Part shown: in pieces, positions 1-13,832 of the stretch
How the letters are laid out: every line of letters starts with the position of its first letter
Numbering within the stretch: the stretch's first letter is position 1
Position numbers and translations under genes: made by a program
Source of the DNA: the human T2T-CHM13v2.0 reference genome, Homo sapiens
Assembly: GCF_009914755.1 (NCBI RefSeq)
Contig: NC_060930.1
Reading direction: 5' to 3' (one strand)
DNA length: 64,000 nt
Notes under the pieces: model-generated
Databases searched by the model: none
Told to the model about the DNA's origin: nothing
Seen by the model: only the letters and a program-made list of their open reading frames with translations

Positions 1-3000
1 ATTCTGGACTTTCCCCGACATCCTTGTTACTAGACACTAGTTCCATTCACCTACCCTCTTGAAAATAACCAGAGATCAAGGCCTGTCATACTTAACACTT
101 ATTTCAAAGCCTGAGGATACTCATAACTTATAAGAAAAATCTTTTTTAAATGTGTAAAGCTAACAGGGTATGTGTGTCTTGCAGAAAATTATGAACTGAT
201 CAGTGTTTTGTTTTGTTTTCTTTTGTTTTGGAGCAAGGGTTTAATGAAGAGCTATAGAAGCTTCACTGAACCTCGGAGACCCAGAAAAACTAAGGGAATT
301 TTCGGAATTTACTCATAGTATCTTCTCACTCTCCTCTCCAGATTTTCAGAACATATGGTGGGCATACAGAAGTCAGTAAAAAGCATCAAGGCGTATACCA
401 CCTGCCTCTAAAATCATCCAGTTTTCCTATATGCCCTGTTGCAACTGCTTATTAAAACAAGGTTGCTAAATAATTCATTGTTGCTTTTGTTAGATAATAA
501 TAACTTATTTTTTAGGCATATTTTAACTTCAGCAATAAATCAGGAAATTAGAAAATCAACGAGCTTATGAATGTTGCCTCCACCAAAACATCACAACCTC
601 ATTTGACCAAGGCTTATTTTAAAACCTCTACTTTCATGACATGAAAATCCCTTTAAAATGTATGCTATTGAAACGTTTAAATTTGAAAAACATCTGGCAT
701 GTCAAACTATTTGGGAGCTTGTGGTTTTAAGTACTTTGTTTGAGGTGGTGTATTTAGAAAGAATTCACTTGTCATTCTCAGGCTTCATAGGGAAGTAGCC
801 CTAAAAAACAAATGTATGTGGTAGTTCACTACAACCATGGAGAATCAATAGCCATCTATTTAATTTGCTAAGACAATGTAAATTAGTAACTTCCAGCCAG
901 ATGTGTGATATGCACATCAAACAAACTGCAACCTGTTCATTATGAAAATCCTGTCAACACACACTGAGCCACTTGATGACATTTCGTCTAAAGCAATTTC
1001 CACATTTGCAGCTATAAAAATTGTCCTAAGAATTTTTCTACAAGAAATTGAAGCTGAGACTCATAAAAGGGTAATCAATTTCAGCTTTTCATCTTGTGTG
1101 CTGTGTATATATGCTTCTGTGTGTTTATTTCCATTTTCATTCAGAGGTATAAAATGTTTTAACAATGTGCACCATGCTCTTTTTCCTTCTATTAATCATG
1201 TATTTATCCTCATTACATCTTTTTAAATGTGATGTAAAGTTGATCATCTAATTATACAGTTCTGAAGGAGTATGTAAAGTCAGGAATGACAGAATCAACA
1301 GAAGAAGAAATGTACACTTATCTACTGGAAAACAAAACAGAATATTTCAAAATGACTCCAAACATAAATTAAGTTTACCCATTGGGAGGTCTAACTTGCA
1401 TTTGGATCATTTATATGGGTCTGTGTGACTATATACCCTGCTGTTTGATAAAAAATGATTACTAACCACAGGCACCCACCAGAGAACAGAGTGTATGTGT
1501 AATGCTTGTGATGTCTCAGACATACAAAGCACCTTCTTAAAGAATGTCCGTTTCCTTTCCATGGTAAGCGGACATAATTTTTCACCCTTTAATACTACTG
1601 TTTCACGGAGGGGGCTATTTTATGTATTATGCTTTGCCATTCTCTCTTGCATTTATTTTAATAATATGAAGAACTGTATTCATGAAATTGATAGTTTTGT
1701 TTCATGAAACCCAAAATGTTGGTGAATTTTGTTTTGTATTAAAATACACAGCCTTCTTGATATTACAAGAATTATATAATATTAACACCGTTTACTAAGA
1801 TAAAAAAATTAAAAGATTATTCCTAATTGCCAGCTACTATTCTTGAATGTTGAATCCTCATCTAAGCCAAATTCATTTTCTAAGTCTATTGAATTAAATT
1901 TTTTTATTAAACAAGACACAGAACAAATAGTCTCACTGCCAAGCATAATATTTCCAACTACTACATTTTTAATTTGGCAATTTAAAACAACGTGAAACGA
2001 ATCTAGTCCTTATCACCTATAGTATAGTCTGATTCCAAATAGCACCCCTTCACCAACTTCCTAATGTCTAAATAGCATTCTACTAAGTGCCTGGTGTGTC
2101 AACACTTCCAGCTTCCAAAGTAAACAACCCATGAGATCCCCTAAAATCACAAGAATTTCAACCTCTACCAAAAAAAGCGTGGGGAGAGCGCAACAGCACA
2201 CACAAGAGTTCTTCATAAAGGCTTCAACCCTAAGCAATTCAACTTCCACAAACATTGTACAGAACACGCTTTCTTCACCAGCCGCACACCAGGCCACGTG
2301 ATGAGCCTGCAGGGCCACACTGGCAACCAGAAACGATTATTGTTTCTAGAAAGAATAAGGCTCAAATGCAGGCCTCTGCAGCCTCCCTGTCATTCGCGCC
2401 CGCAGGTGGCACCCAGAGCTCCGCTCCTCACTCAGTGAAGCAATTACGCCCCGCGCGGGGCCTGGGCGCCGGCCAAGACTTGCAGCGTTCTCTTGGGTCC
2501 CTTAGCTTTCTACGAGTTAAAGTCAGATCCTCCTGGTCACTTAAGCCCCCTTTGTGGTTCAGGGGGGAAGCCACTCTCTCAGAACTCTTAACTTTGATTG
2601 GAGACTCTGGTTAAAATTAAGAACTTCAAACCCCAGATTTGAAAAAATGAAACAGATGTCCTGTTTGTTAACCATAAATGCCTCCGTACTTAGATCCTTT
2701 CCTCTCTCTCTCTTTCTTTCTGCCGCATTAAGTTTTATTTAATGCAGAGTTCGCTTAAAAGGTTAAGAGAGAAAAAGAAAGAGAAGAAAGCAAATATGGA
2801 CTGTGATGGAAAAACTCCTAAATCTTTCTCTAGAATATAACGAAGAAAACCTCTTCAAAAAGATGAAAGTGTTCGATCTGCCTCCTCTTGGCGCAGCCAG
2901 CACTCGAGGGTCAAAATGGCATTCCCCGTGGCCCGAGCCTTGTCTAACCCGGCCGTGCCGCCACCCGCACTCTCGCAGAGAGCAGGGTCGCCTGGGGTGG

Positions 3001-3027
3001 GTGAAGGGGTCTCAGTCTTGCACTCAC

Positions 3028-3175
3028 GTGAGGACATAGTTGACGCTGACGATACAGTGTGGCCTGGAGGAGCGACTGTTGTGCACGATGGTCGCGTAGC
3101 TCTGCACCCATACCCAGCCGCCGTGTTTCGCCAGGAACCTGTAGTACTTGGTGGTCACCTGTCCCTTCACCAGCA
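3028..3175 (-). CDS. SIM1: SIM1 coding exon 8 (148 nt; PAS-B/PAC); CDS continues beyond the left edge of the window
   Basis: Acceptor CTCCGTCAG|TG; encodes (L)[48 protein letters not shown](T); donor CAC|GTGAGT. Cumulative CDS 998 nt. No further SIM1 exon recognised in 1-3027. Confidence 0.97.
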
Positions 3176-3879
3176 CTGACGGAGAGACAGGAGGCAGATG
3201 GTGGTGAACCAGCCTGCCTGGGACTGGTCCCAAATGCAATCCCTGGTGGTAAGAATTGAGGGCTCCCTGTGGGCCCTAATAACTGCACCAGGCAGGAGAG
3301 AGAGAGAGACGACAGGCAAATTCCCAAAGGAACTGATTGTCCCGTGGTATTGCATCGAGCCCTCCGGTCACCCTTCTAGGGATGATACAGGGGTGGCCAG
3401 ATGTCTTCACCATTAGCAAAGGGAGGAACACTTAGAGTTTGGAGGTTTCCTCCAGATTCGCTTTTCTAACTACGGAAGTAAGGCTCTGGGCAGCTGAGCT
3501 CCGGCGCTCACGATCCCTGCCCGGGAGATTACGCTCAAAGCAAAGCTGTATCAAAAGCCAGGCGAGTCAACGCAAGTGAGCGCCAGCCTTGGTTTTTGTT
3601 CATCTTTAGTGTGGTTCACAGATGTGAAAAAATACCAATAGGAGAGTAATATACCTTCGCCGGGGGCGGGGGACGTATTTCGCCCAGAAATGCTTCTTCC
3701 GCCTATATTAGCGGCCCGCGGATGTTAGAGAATTTAGGTGGGCCCAGTGTCGGAGAAGTCCCTCAGGAGGCCTCACACACCACCACCACCCGGCTCCCTG
3801 GGCTCCCACCTGTCCTCTTGCGAGGGATTTAAATCGTGGCTCCCCCACCCCCTAACCAGCGGATGCGCCAAGGTTGCTA

Positions 3880-4110
<231 letters not shown>

Positions 4111-4207
4111 TCACTTTCCAGGGCCGATTCAGTCGCCTCATGTGCAAAATGGGCTCATAGGATAGACGGAAATCTCTCAGTCACTAAGCAGGGCCGCCCT
4201 CAGGCTA

Positions 4208-4465
<258 letters not shown>

Positions 4466-4858
4466 TCAGCCACAGGTAGGAAGAGCCCCCAAAAGGTGGA
4501 GAAGGGGTTGAAACATGTTGAAACTCTGCTTAGCCCCAAAGCAGTGCTGACCACGCCCGTGCACTAAGGAATCCAAAGTTACTGGTGCTCTAAGGTGTCT
4601 TAAGAAAGTGACTGCACAGCCACACTGAACTCACCTGGGAGCGCGTACAAAATGCAGAAGCCTGGCCCCACCAACCCTAACGCATCCGAATAGCGAAGTA
4701 GGTCCCTGAAACCTGCTAATGACGTTCAAGGACATTCAACGTGAGACCCATAGCTTCGAATTAAAGCTCTGGTTTCTAACCTCTTATGTAACGCTATGCA
4801 TAAACTCTTAGGGATTCACCAAAGTTACTCGCCCATTCAGAGGCCTTACGGACCCTTA

Positions 4859-5522
<664 letters not shown>

Positions 5523-5569
5523 TTAGGCCAGGGGATCTGCAGGACCATGAGGACAGCAGCCAGAATTCT

Positions 5570-5822
5570 GGAATTGGCCCTGAGTTCCAATGCCAGCTCT
5601 GCTTCTTGCTACCTATTGCAGCCTATCTAAGATTCCACTTCCTTGTCTATATAATAATAAAAATAGCAGTAATAATGATGATAATAATAATAGTAGTAAT
5701 AGTAGTAGTAGCAACAGCAGCAGCAGTTCCCTGGCAAAGTTCTGATAAAGACATCATGAAATAAGTATGTAACGTCCTCTCATGTTGTCTGGCTTGACGT
5801 AGGGACTCAAAAAAGTAGCCAT
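5570..5822 (+). mobile_element. Degenerate MIR SINE with an internal trinucleotide tract
   Basis: MIR-like CCTGAGTTCCAATGCCAGCTCTGC...CTTCCTTGTCTATA and ATGTAACGTCCTC...GTCTGGCTTGACGTAGGGACTCAA. Confidence 0.55.
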
Positions 5823-5966
5823 TGTTTGGGCCTAGGGTGGAAGGTAAAGGAGAAGGGAAGTGGAGAAATGGAGAGACCCAGAACTATTTAAGAGTCTTCC
5901 TGCTAGCTGTGAGATGTCCAGCTCCAGGTTTAGAGAAGCACACCCAGCCCCCAACCCAGCCCCCTA

Positions 5967-6260
<294 letters not shown>

Positions 6261-6411
6261 CTAGCCACATGAGCCCTTTTGTTCATTCTAAATTTGTAAA
6301 CATCTGGGGCATGCAGCCCAATGGGAAAGATCCAGAGTAATTGGTGGACAAGGCTAGTGCCCTGTAAGACTCAGGATCCACTGAAACAAACAAGGAAAAT
6401 ACATCCATAAA

Positions 6412-6422
6412 ACACACACACA

Positions 6423-6502
<80 letters not shown>
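6412..6502. repeat. Compound microsatellite: short (AC)n, (TC)~17, (CA)21
   Basis: Read directly. Confidence 0.97.
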
Positions 6503-6505
<3 letters not shown>

Positions 6506-6979
6506 CTAGGGGGAAAAATCACAGCCTATGTGTTCTATAATGGAAGGAGTAATAGCAGGGTTTGGGAATAGCAGTGCAGTAGGCATTGGTCAGTCAATTT
6601 TGGAAGGGCTGGCAGTCAAAAGTTTGTAGACAGAAGAAAGCTGGCCAGTGACTCTGGAAAGAGTCCAGGACAGGGGGCGTTTAGGAGATGAGAGGCTTTA
6701 CAAGGAGTAAGTCCACAGAGTATTGCCATAGGGTGTATGTGTGTGTAAGTTTACATTGATACATCAAACTGACAGGCTCTCCATGAAGGAAAGTCTTAAG
6801 ACTTTCACTGTCTCTATCTCTGTGAATAAGGCCTCAGTCCAGGCAGAGACAAGAGGAGTCAGACCCTGCTTTCAAGGAGCAGGAAGTCCAACAGGAGCAA
6901 CTGGCCTGAAGACAGATATAGTGACCACATAGCTGAACAGGTAGTGCTGAATAGGCAGGGGGCCCAGAGCCTGAGTGAC

Positions 6980-8330
6980 CGGAGGCCTGGGGGACAATCA
7001 GGCCTTAGGGGAGCTGATGTTTGAGCAGAACCTTGAACAGGAAGCTTGGACTGGAGAAGAGAGAAAGAGCATTCTAGGCAGAAGGAATGAAGTGGCCAAG
7101 TCTGCTGGGTCTGGGGATAGGACCAATCTAGTGTATTCTGAGGTGATGAATTTGGTGTACTAGAGACTGCAGAGGAGCTAAACCTGCAATAGATTTTGGA
7201 GCTTGAAATGTCAATTTGAGAAACCTGGAGTTGCTCTGTAAGCACTAGAGTTCTAACAGGTTTCTAAGCAGGAGAATAGCATGCTTAGATGTGGCATTTG
7301 TTTAATTTTATTTTGTTTTGCAGAATGCAGACAGTGATCTGAGGAGGAAGGGGAGGGGAAGAGGAGATCAGAGAAGGCAGCTGCAGCAGAGATGGTCAAG
7401 CCTGAAATGGGGTAGTCACAAGGGGAATATAGAAAGGGGAGAATCTAATTCAAAGATGGTTCTGGATATGGACTTCACTGGTAGCAGAGAGAGGTTTACT
7501 TCAGTGTTTCAGTGAAGGCACTAAGCAGAAGGTGACATCATTAACCAAGATTTAGTGTGATTTTGTATGAGTAGAATTCTGGGGGAGGGAGATAATGCCT
7601 CCTTGTTTTGGAGATGCTAAACTTCAAGTGTATGCAGATTTCCATTTAGATGTGTCCAGTTTGCAGTAGGAAACAAAAATCTGGAGCTCAGACGGAGAGT
7701 CTAGACTAGAGAAACCAGTTGGTTTCATGTAGAGAAAGGAGTTGAGAGGCTGGTGTTGGGTGAGATTACCTGGGTGGCCTTGAAGCTGTAACAGGAGAAA
7801 CAGAGCTGAAACCTAGGGGACATTACAGCATTTGCAGGCCAACCAGTGGTGGGGAAATCAAAAGGGAGCAGGCAGAGAGAGAGAAGAATCTGGGAAATAG
7901 TGCTATTTTAGAAACTGAGGGAAGGAGAGAATGTTAAATCATCAGTGTCACCTCCTTCAAGTCTTAGTCCAAATGTCACCTTCTCAGTGCGGCCCTCTCC
8001 AACCATCTCTTATTTTAAAAGGCACTACTCTTTCTTCCTCTCCTCCTTATTTTTCTCCATGGCACCTATACCACCTGGTAAACTATACACTGTACCAGTG
8101 TGGGCTTGTAAAGCTGCTCTCCTTAGAATGCAAACTCCATGAGAGCAGGGCTTTCCATCTGGCATGCGATTGCCCCTCCTAAATTTGCGGAATGAGTGAG
8201 CTTCATTAGGATAAGAGATGAGCATCTAATTCTTGCTATCAAAATGTGGTGAAGCCAGTGAAGAGCATGATGGGTGGGAGAGATGCCAGACTGCAGGGAT
8301 GAGGGAGTAAATGGGGAGAGGGTGGGCCAT
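6980..8330. mobile_element. Degenerate L2 LINE fragments in both orientations
   Basis: L2-like motifs, e.g. CTGATGTTTGAGCAGAACCTTGAA and 3'-end TTAGAATGCAAACTCCATGAGAGCAGGGC (about 8123-8151). Confidence 0.5.
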
Positions 8331-9474
8331 TGAAATTGGGAATGTAAGTCAGTCCTACCAGAAATGTGGCATGAAGAAGAGGAAATAAATTGGCAAGAGC
8401 TAGAAAGTGTCAGGGACAGTTTGGATTTTGTTTTCTTGTTTATGTTTCTGAGGAAAATTAGTTGGGAATATGAAAATATTGGGGGAAGGACACAGGGAAA
8501 TCTGATAAAAGATGTCTTAGAGTTAAGTGCCTTTCTAGATAAATTCAAAGGTGTGAAGGCCACGTCAGTGAGAGAATGCTTGCCCAACCCCTTCCTTTGT
8601 CCCACAAAACTAAAATCTTCTTGGTGTCTTGGAAGGAGAAAGGTATAGGGTAGTGGTAGGAAAAGGAGCTCCTGTCAAGAGATGCCACTCATGCCAGCCC
8701 ACAGGGAGAACTTGCTTAGATTCCCCAAATGCTGCTTAGGTTCAAGGCTTCCAGGAGAGTAGCTCCCAGTGGGCTTGAATAATAATAATAATGATGATGT
8801 TGCAGGGTTGGGACAAGCGCAAAATCTAAAAATGCCACCGGGGTTTTGCAATTTAAAATATTTGTTCTGTGACTTAAGTAGGCAAAGAGCAAGTTAAAAC
8901 TGTGAGCACTACAAACCACAAGGTAATGGGAGCCTAGCATTGGTTAAACTCATTATCTGGGGGTGTGTATGTGCTTAAGCAAGGTCCTGCACACAGCCTG
9001 GGCTGGCTTGCAGTGAAAGGCAATAGGAAGAGAAGAGGGAGCCTGGGCACTACAGGGACACAAAACCAGTTGCAGATGTAGCTGAATTGGAAAGACGTGG
9101 GCTTAAAGCACTGACAGGTCTTTTTACCAGATTCCTGTTATTTCCTTTGGAAATCCTTCATTTGGGATGGTTCTGTGGCCTTGCCTCTTCTGCCTGATCT
9201 GGGGTGTTCCAGTTCCCTCAGCCCAATGGAGACAAATGGTGCCCCCTCCCTTGGTTAGGGGCCTCGTTGGGCTACATTCCAAACCCAACTTCTCACTTGT
9301 CACCTTGCCTCCCTCTCAGCCTCTTGAGGCATCATCTGCAAAAGCTAAAATTTTACTTTGCAGCAGCTATTGGGCTCTGAGAGGGCCACGTGCAGTCCGG
9401 ATCCCTGTTTTTGTGGGGGGGGTTGTTTGTTTTTTTTTTGTTTTTGTTTTCTGAGAAACTAAAAGCTCAACTCA

Positions 9475-9825
<351 letters not shown>

Positions 9826-12800
9826 CTAAAACTGGTTTCTCAGGCCAAGGGCCCCCTGGTAGGACTCCAAGTGGCCCAGGCTCGGAAAAAGCCTCCAACA
9901 TTGCACCCCACCGATAACTTTCATGTAGGTTCACCAGTGTGTTTACGGGGCGTAAGGGCACTCTGCTTCTCGCCCAAAGTTTTCATCGTCATCCGTTTCC
10001 CGAGGCCGAGCTTGTCCTAACACCAAGCGAAAGCCACTGCCAGCCCGCAGCGACCTGAGACGACCGGCCAGGTCCAACCGGTCCTTGGCGGGCTTTCTGA
10101 TTGGCTGCGGGGCTTCTAGCCACTCTCCTCCCCTTGGCTTCTGGCTTTAATCGCCTTCGGAAAAATTAGTTCCCTGGCGGATGATTTCCAGCCTGACGTT
10201 TACCAGCATCCCTGTTCAACCCATCTTCCTATTCATTTCCCCTCCTAGCCCTCTGCCTTACACACAGCTCATGCCCCCTACCCACCCCCCTACCACCAAA
10301 ACCCGCATAGGCTTTTTCTGAAGTCAGTTACTTTGGGTGCTAACAATCTTTTTGTAATATTTTCGTTCTCATCTCTAATTGAGACTCATTCAACTTTTCT
10401 ACTTTCCAGGTACTGTATTCTATTAACAAAGACCCTCTCTTTCTCTCCTTGGTGTTTCCCCGTTAAGATCTTTGGAGGCTTTGCCGCAAACTTTCTCTGG
10501 TGATGCCCAAAAAAATAAAACGCTCCGGACTCTTGTGGCCGAGTTTTAAAAATTTAATATGGAGTCGGCTAGAGTACCCTTTTGCGGAAAGAAAAAACAA
10601 AGAAGGCAAAAAAACTTTCGAAGACCTGTGTTAAGCTATTTATGAGTATTATCTTTTTAATAGTGCTGCTGCTAAAATTATTTTAACTAGGTAGTTAAAT
10701 CCTTTTATCCTTACACCATTAAACAAAGTTTAACATGACCTCCCCCATCCCACCCCTCAGAAAGGTGATTTACTGCGTTAAGGAGCAAATCACCAAGAAG
10801 TACACAATGATGAACACTCGCCTTGTAATATGAGGTTGGGGGCAGATCTTTCAAAATAAAACATGGAGTTGGATTTTTTAAAAGGTGTTGGCTAGGAGCT
10901 GCTTCCTAAGCAAGCAATCAAAGCCTTGGTAAGGAGGAACCGTGAGCGCCCCTTAAGCTCAAATCCGGTCTTTCTGGTTGTTTGCACATCTAAATAAATC
11001 TAACGATTTCCCCACCACTCTGCAAACACTGATGCTCCCCGCCCGCACTCGGGACTCCTCTACCTCTCTGGCTCCCGGTCAACTCATCCCGACTCTTTAG
11101 CCCGCCCGAGGTTTCCTCCCCGGAGTGACTCCACTGCCCTGGTCCCTGGGGTCCTCCTGGACCGTTCTGGAAGGGCCCCCGCCACAGCCACCTGTACACA
11201 CCCCTTGGCCTTATCACATTTATCGCTCTTCCCCTTTCAGCCAACCTATTCTCCTTCGTTTCTGTCACGACCTGCTCTTCTCTTTCTAAATCCCGGCTCC
11301 GACATACCCACTCAGAAGGAGTGACAGGAGGGATTGGCTGCGGAGGCCACACGGGGGAAAGGAGAAAGGACCCTATTGGGAAAGCCGAGGACGCCGGCGA
11401 CGCTGGCCCTTGGGCGCTCTGGGGCCTACGGAGGCCTTAAACCCCAAAGATTGGCGGGGACGAAGGGCCGGGGCACTCGAGCGAGCCTGGAGCGGGCAAA
11501 GACTGCGTTGCGACTGGGGACAGGTCTCGCGCGGTTCCCGAAGGGTGCGAAGACTGCGCTGAGCATTTTGAAGGCCTCCCAAAGCGGCTGGAAGACACCC
11601 CGAAGCGGCCTCCCAACCAGAATGATCTGAAAATCCCCCAGGCTGGGCTCGGGATAAATACTAGTTCTGAACTCCCGGCGCCAGCCTAGGCCATTTGTTG
11701 TTTCGGGTTTCGGCCTCATTAGTATGCGCCTACGAGGGAAAATGAGACTTCCCCACAGGTTAATAAACAACCTGTCCGGCACAGGTTAACAGGAGCCTCT
11801 CTCGCCCTCTCCTGCCCCACCCCCGCCACCTTTTAAGGAAGCTTTTGCCTTCCCGGAGGTTTGCCTTCTCTTTCTGTTCCCCGTAGAAATCTTACGATTG
11901 TGTCTGGGTTAATGTTTTATAAGGGACTGGCTACTCTCGTCTACCTGCCGGGCTTTCCCGATCTAATATCGAAGGAACCTCCCCAAGTCCTAGTAAGGGG
12001 TCCCCCCTCCCTAAAGTCTCGAAGTGGGGTAGAGACCTTCTCCCTGGAGCCCCTCGCCTCCTGCCTTCGGTGACGCGCTCTGGCACACCCAATTTCAGTT
12101 GGCGAGGGGGTAAGCTGAGATTTCGTTTCTGCACTTGACCTACCGCAGAAAATTCGCAAATCCTTTGATTGTCTGTTTAAAATGAGGAGGAAACCAGCTC
12201 CCTTTGCGGCGGGATTACAGTGGGAACAAGATCTAAAGATTCTCTTGCAATTCGGCGAGGCCGAGGGAACGGGGTTTTGCAAAAGAGAAAAGGAGCTCTG
12301 TGAGGGAGGCGATAACTAAATCGGGTTTTAGACAAAAGGATTTTCCTCAGCTAAAGTGGCCGAAGACAAAGGAAAACAGAATCTATTTTGGAAGATTTCC
12401 AAGAAATGCCACATTAACCTTAGCTGATAAATTTTGCTTCTCCCAGGCCCCCCTCTTCCCTTAAAGTCTGCTTTATCATATTTACATAAGTAGCATTAGA
12501 AGGGATGTATCTATTATGGATCTAAAGGGCTAGCTCACATTTCCTGTGAAACTCAGGCAAGTTTCACTGTGGCTTTACCCTCCGTGCTTAGTTGAGCCAT
12601 TTCCATTTAAATACCCCCTGACCCAAGGATTACCTCAATGGACTGACTGCACGGGTTTTGTAATTTCCTGAAAATGAGATTTCGATTTATAAAACAAGAA
12701 ACCAATTAGTAACCAAATGAGGCGAAGTAGATCCACTAAAATTGACCTAATCCCACAGGCACCATTTAGGCCCGTTCTTGGCGAATGAATGATGAGCCCC

Positions 12801-13761
12801 AGTCTAGTGTGAGCTCAAAGCATCATCCAGCTGTGTTATTGCAGGCAGCAAAAATAAATTGATAGAGCTTTTCCTTCGGAATGAATTTAATACCCTTGAC
12901 AAAATATATATTACAGACCCGACATCATCACCGCCCTCACTCTGACAGGAAGAGGAGGAAGATAAGCGTGTGTTCTGTTCTTTTAAAATTTTTCTTTATT
13001 TTAATAAATAAACGCTACATCTCAATAGAAATGTATCCTCCTTGCAGTCCTTCCCGGGAACCTTCACCTCCCCAACTAATTGAGGTGCCTTGTAGGCAAT
13101 GGGGGAGGGTGGCGGAGGCCCTGTTCCATGACCTGACTACGACTTGGTGACTGAGGAGGGGAAAGCCCTCCTAGGCCGAGGCCACTGCGGTTCCTGAACA
13201 GCTTGTCTCAACCAACTGTGTATCCCTTGAGAGAGTGTAGGAGAGTCTGGCCCAGGGGGTAATCCTGAAAACCCCAAATCCCATGTATCCTGCCGGGCCT
13301 GCACATCCTCGCTAAATGTGTACTGTGCAAGTCTTCCCCGGGCTGAGGCGTCGAGTGGCCTTCGTGTTCAGCCTCCGGGCGCCTCCGCAGCCGAGCTCTT
13401 TAGAGAAAAAAAGAGAGGGAAATTGGTGCAACCAGCCCGAATCAAGCTCCTAGAGCAGTCACTGGTAGGAGGTCCCTTCACGCACCAAGGCGCACCCGAC
13501 CCCACCTCTGGCACTGCTGCCCGCCCTGCCTGCGGCCCTCTCCGGCTAAGGAGCCTGTGTGGTTGACCTGAGGGCATCGGCGAGCGCGCCGGGCCAGGTC
13601 TTGTTCCACGCAGCAGCCTGGACCCCACAGTGTGTGCCTGCACTCGGCAGTGCCCTGATCTCTCCTGCCTGCTGATCCCGGGCCAGAGACACCGCGGCCG
13701 CACCCAGGGAATCCACTAATGTTACTGTAAATGTGGGGTGGAGGCCGAAGGTCACACCGCT

Positions 13762-13774
13762 GTCTGTCTCTCTC

Positions 13775-13827
<53 letters not shown>
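13762..13827. repeat. (TC)n/(GA)n microsatellite inside a CpG island
   Basis: Read directly; about 30 units with 3-4 interruptions. Confidence 0.95.
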
Positions 13828-13832
<5 letters not shown>

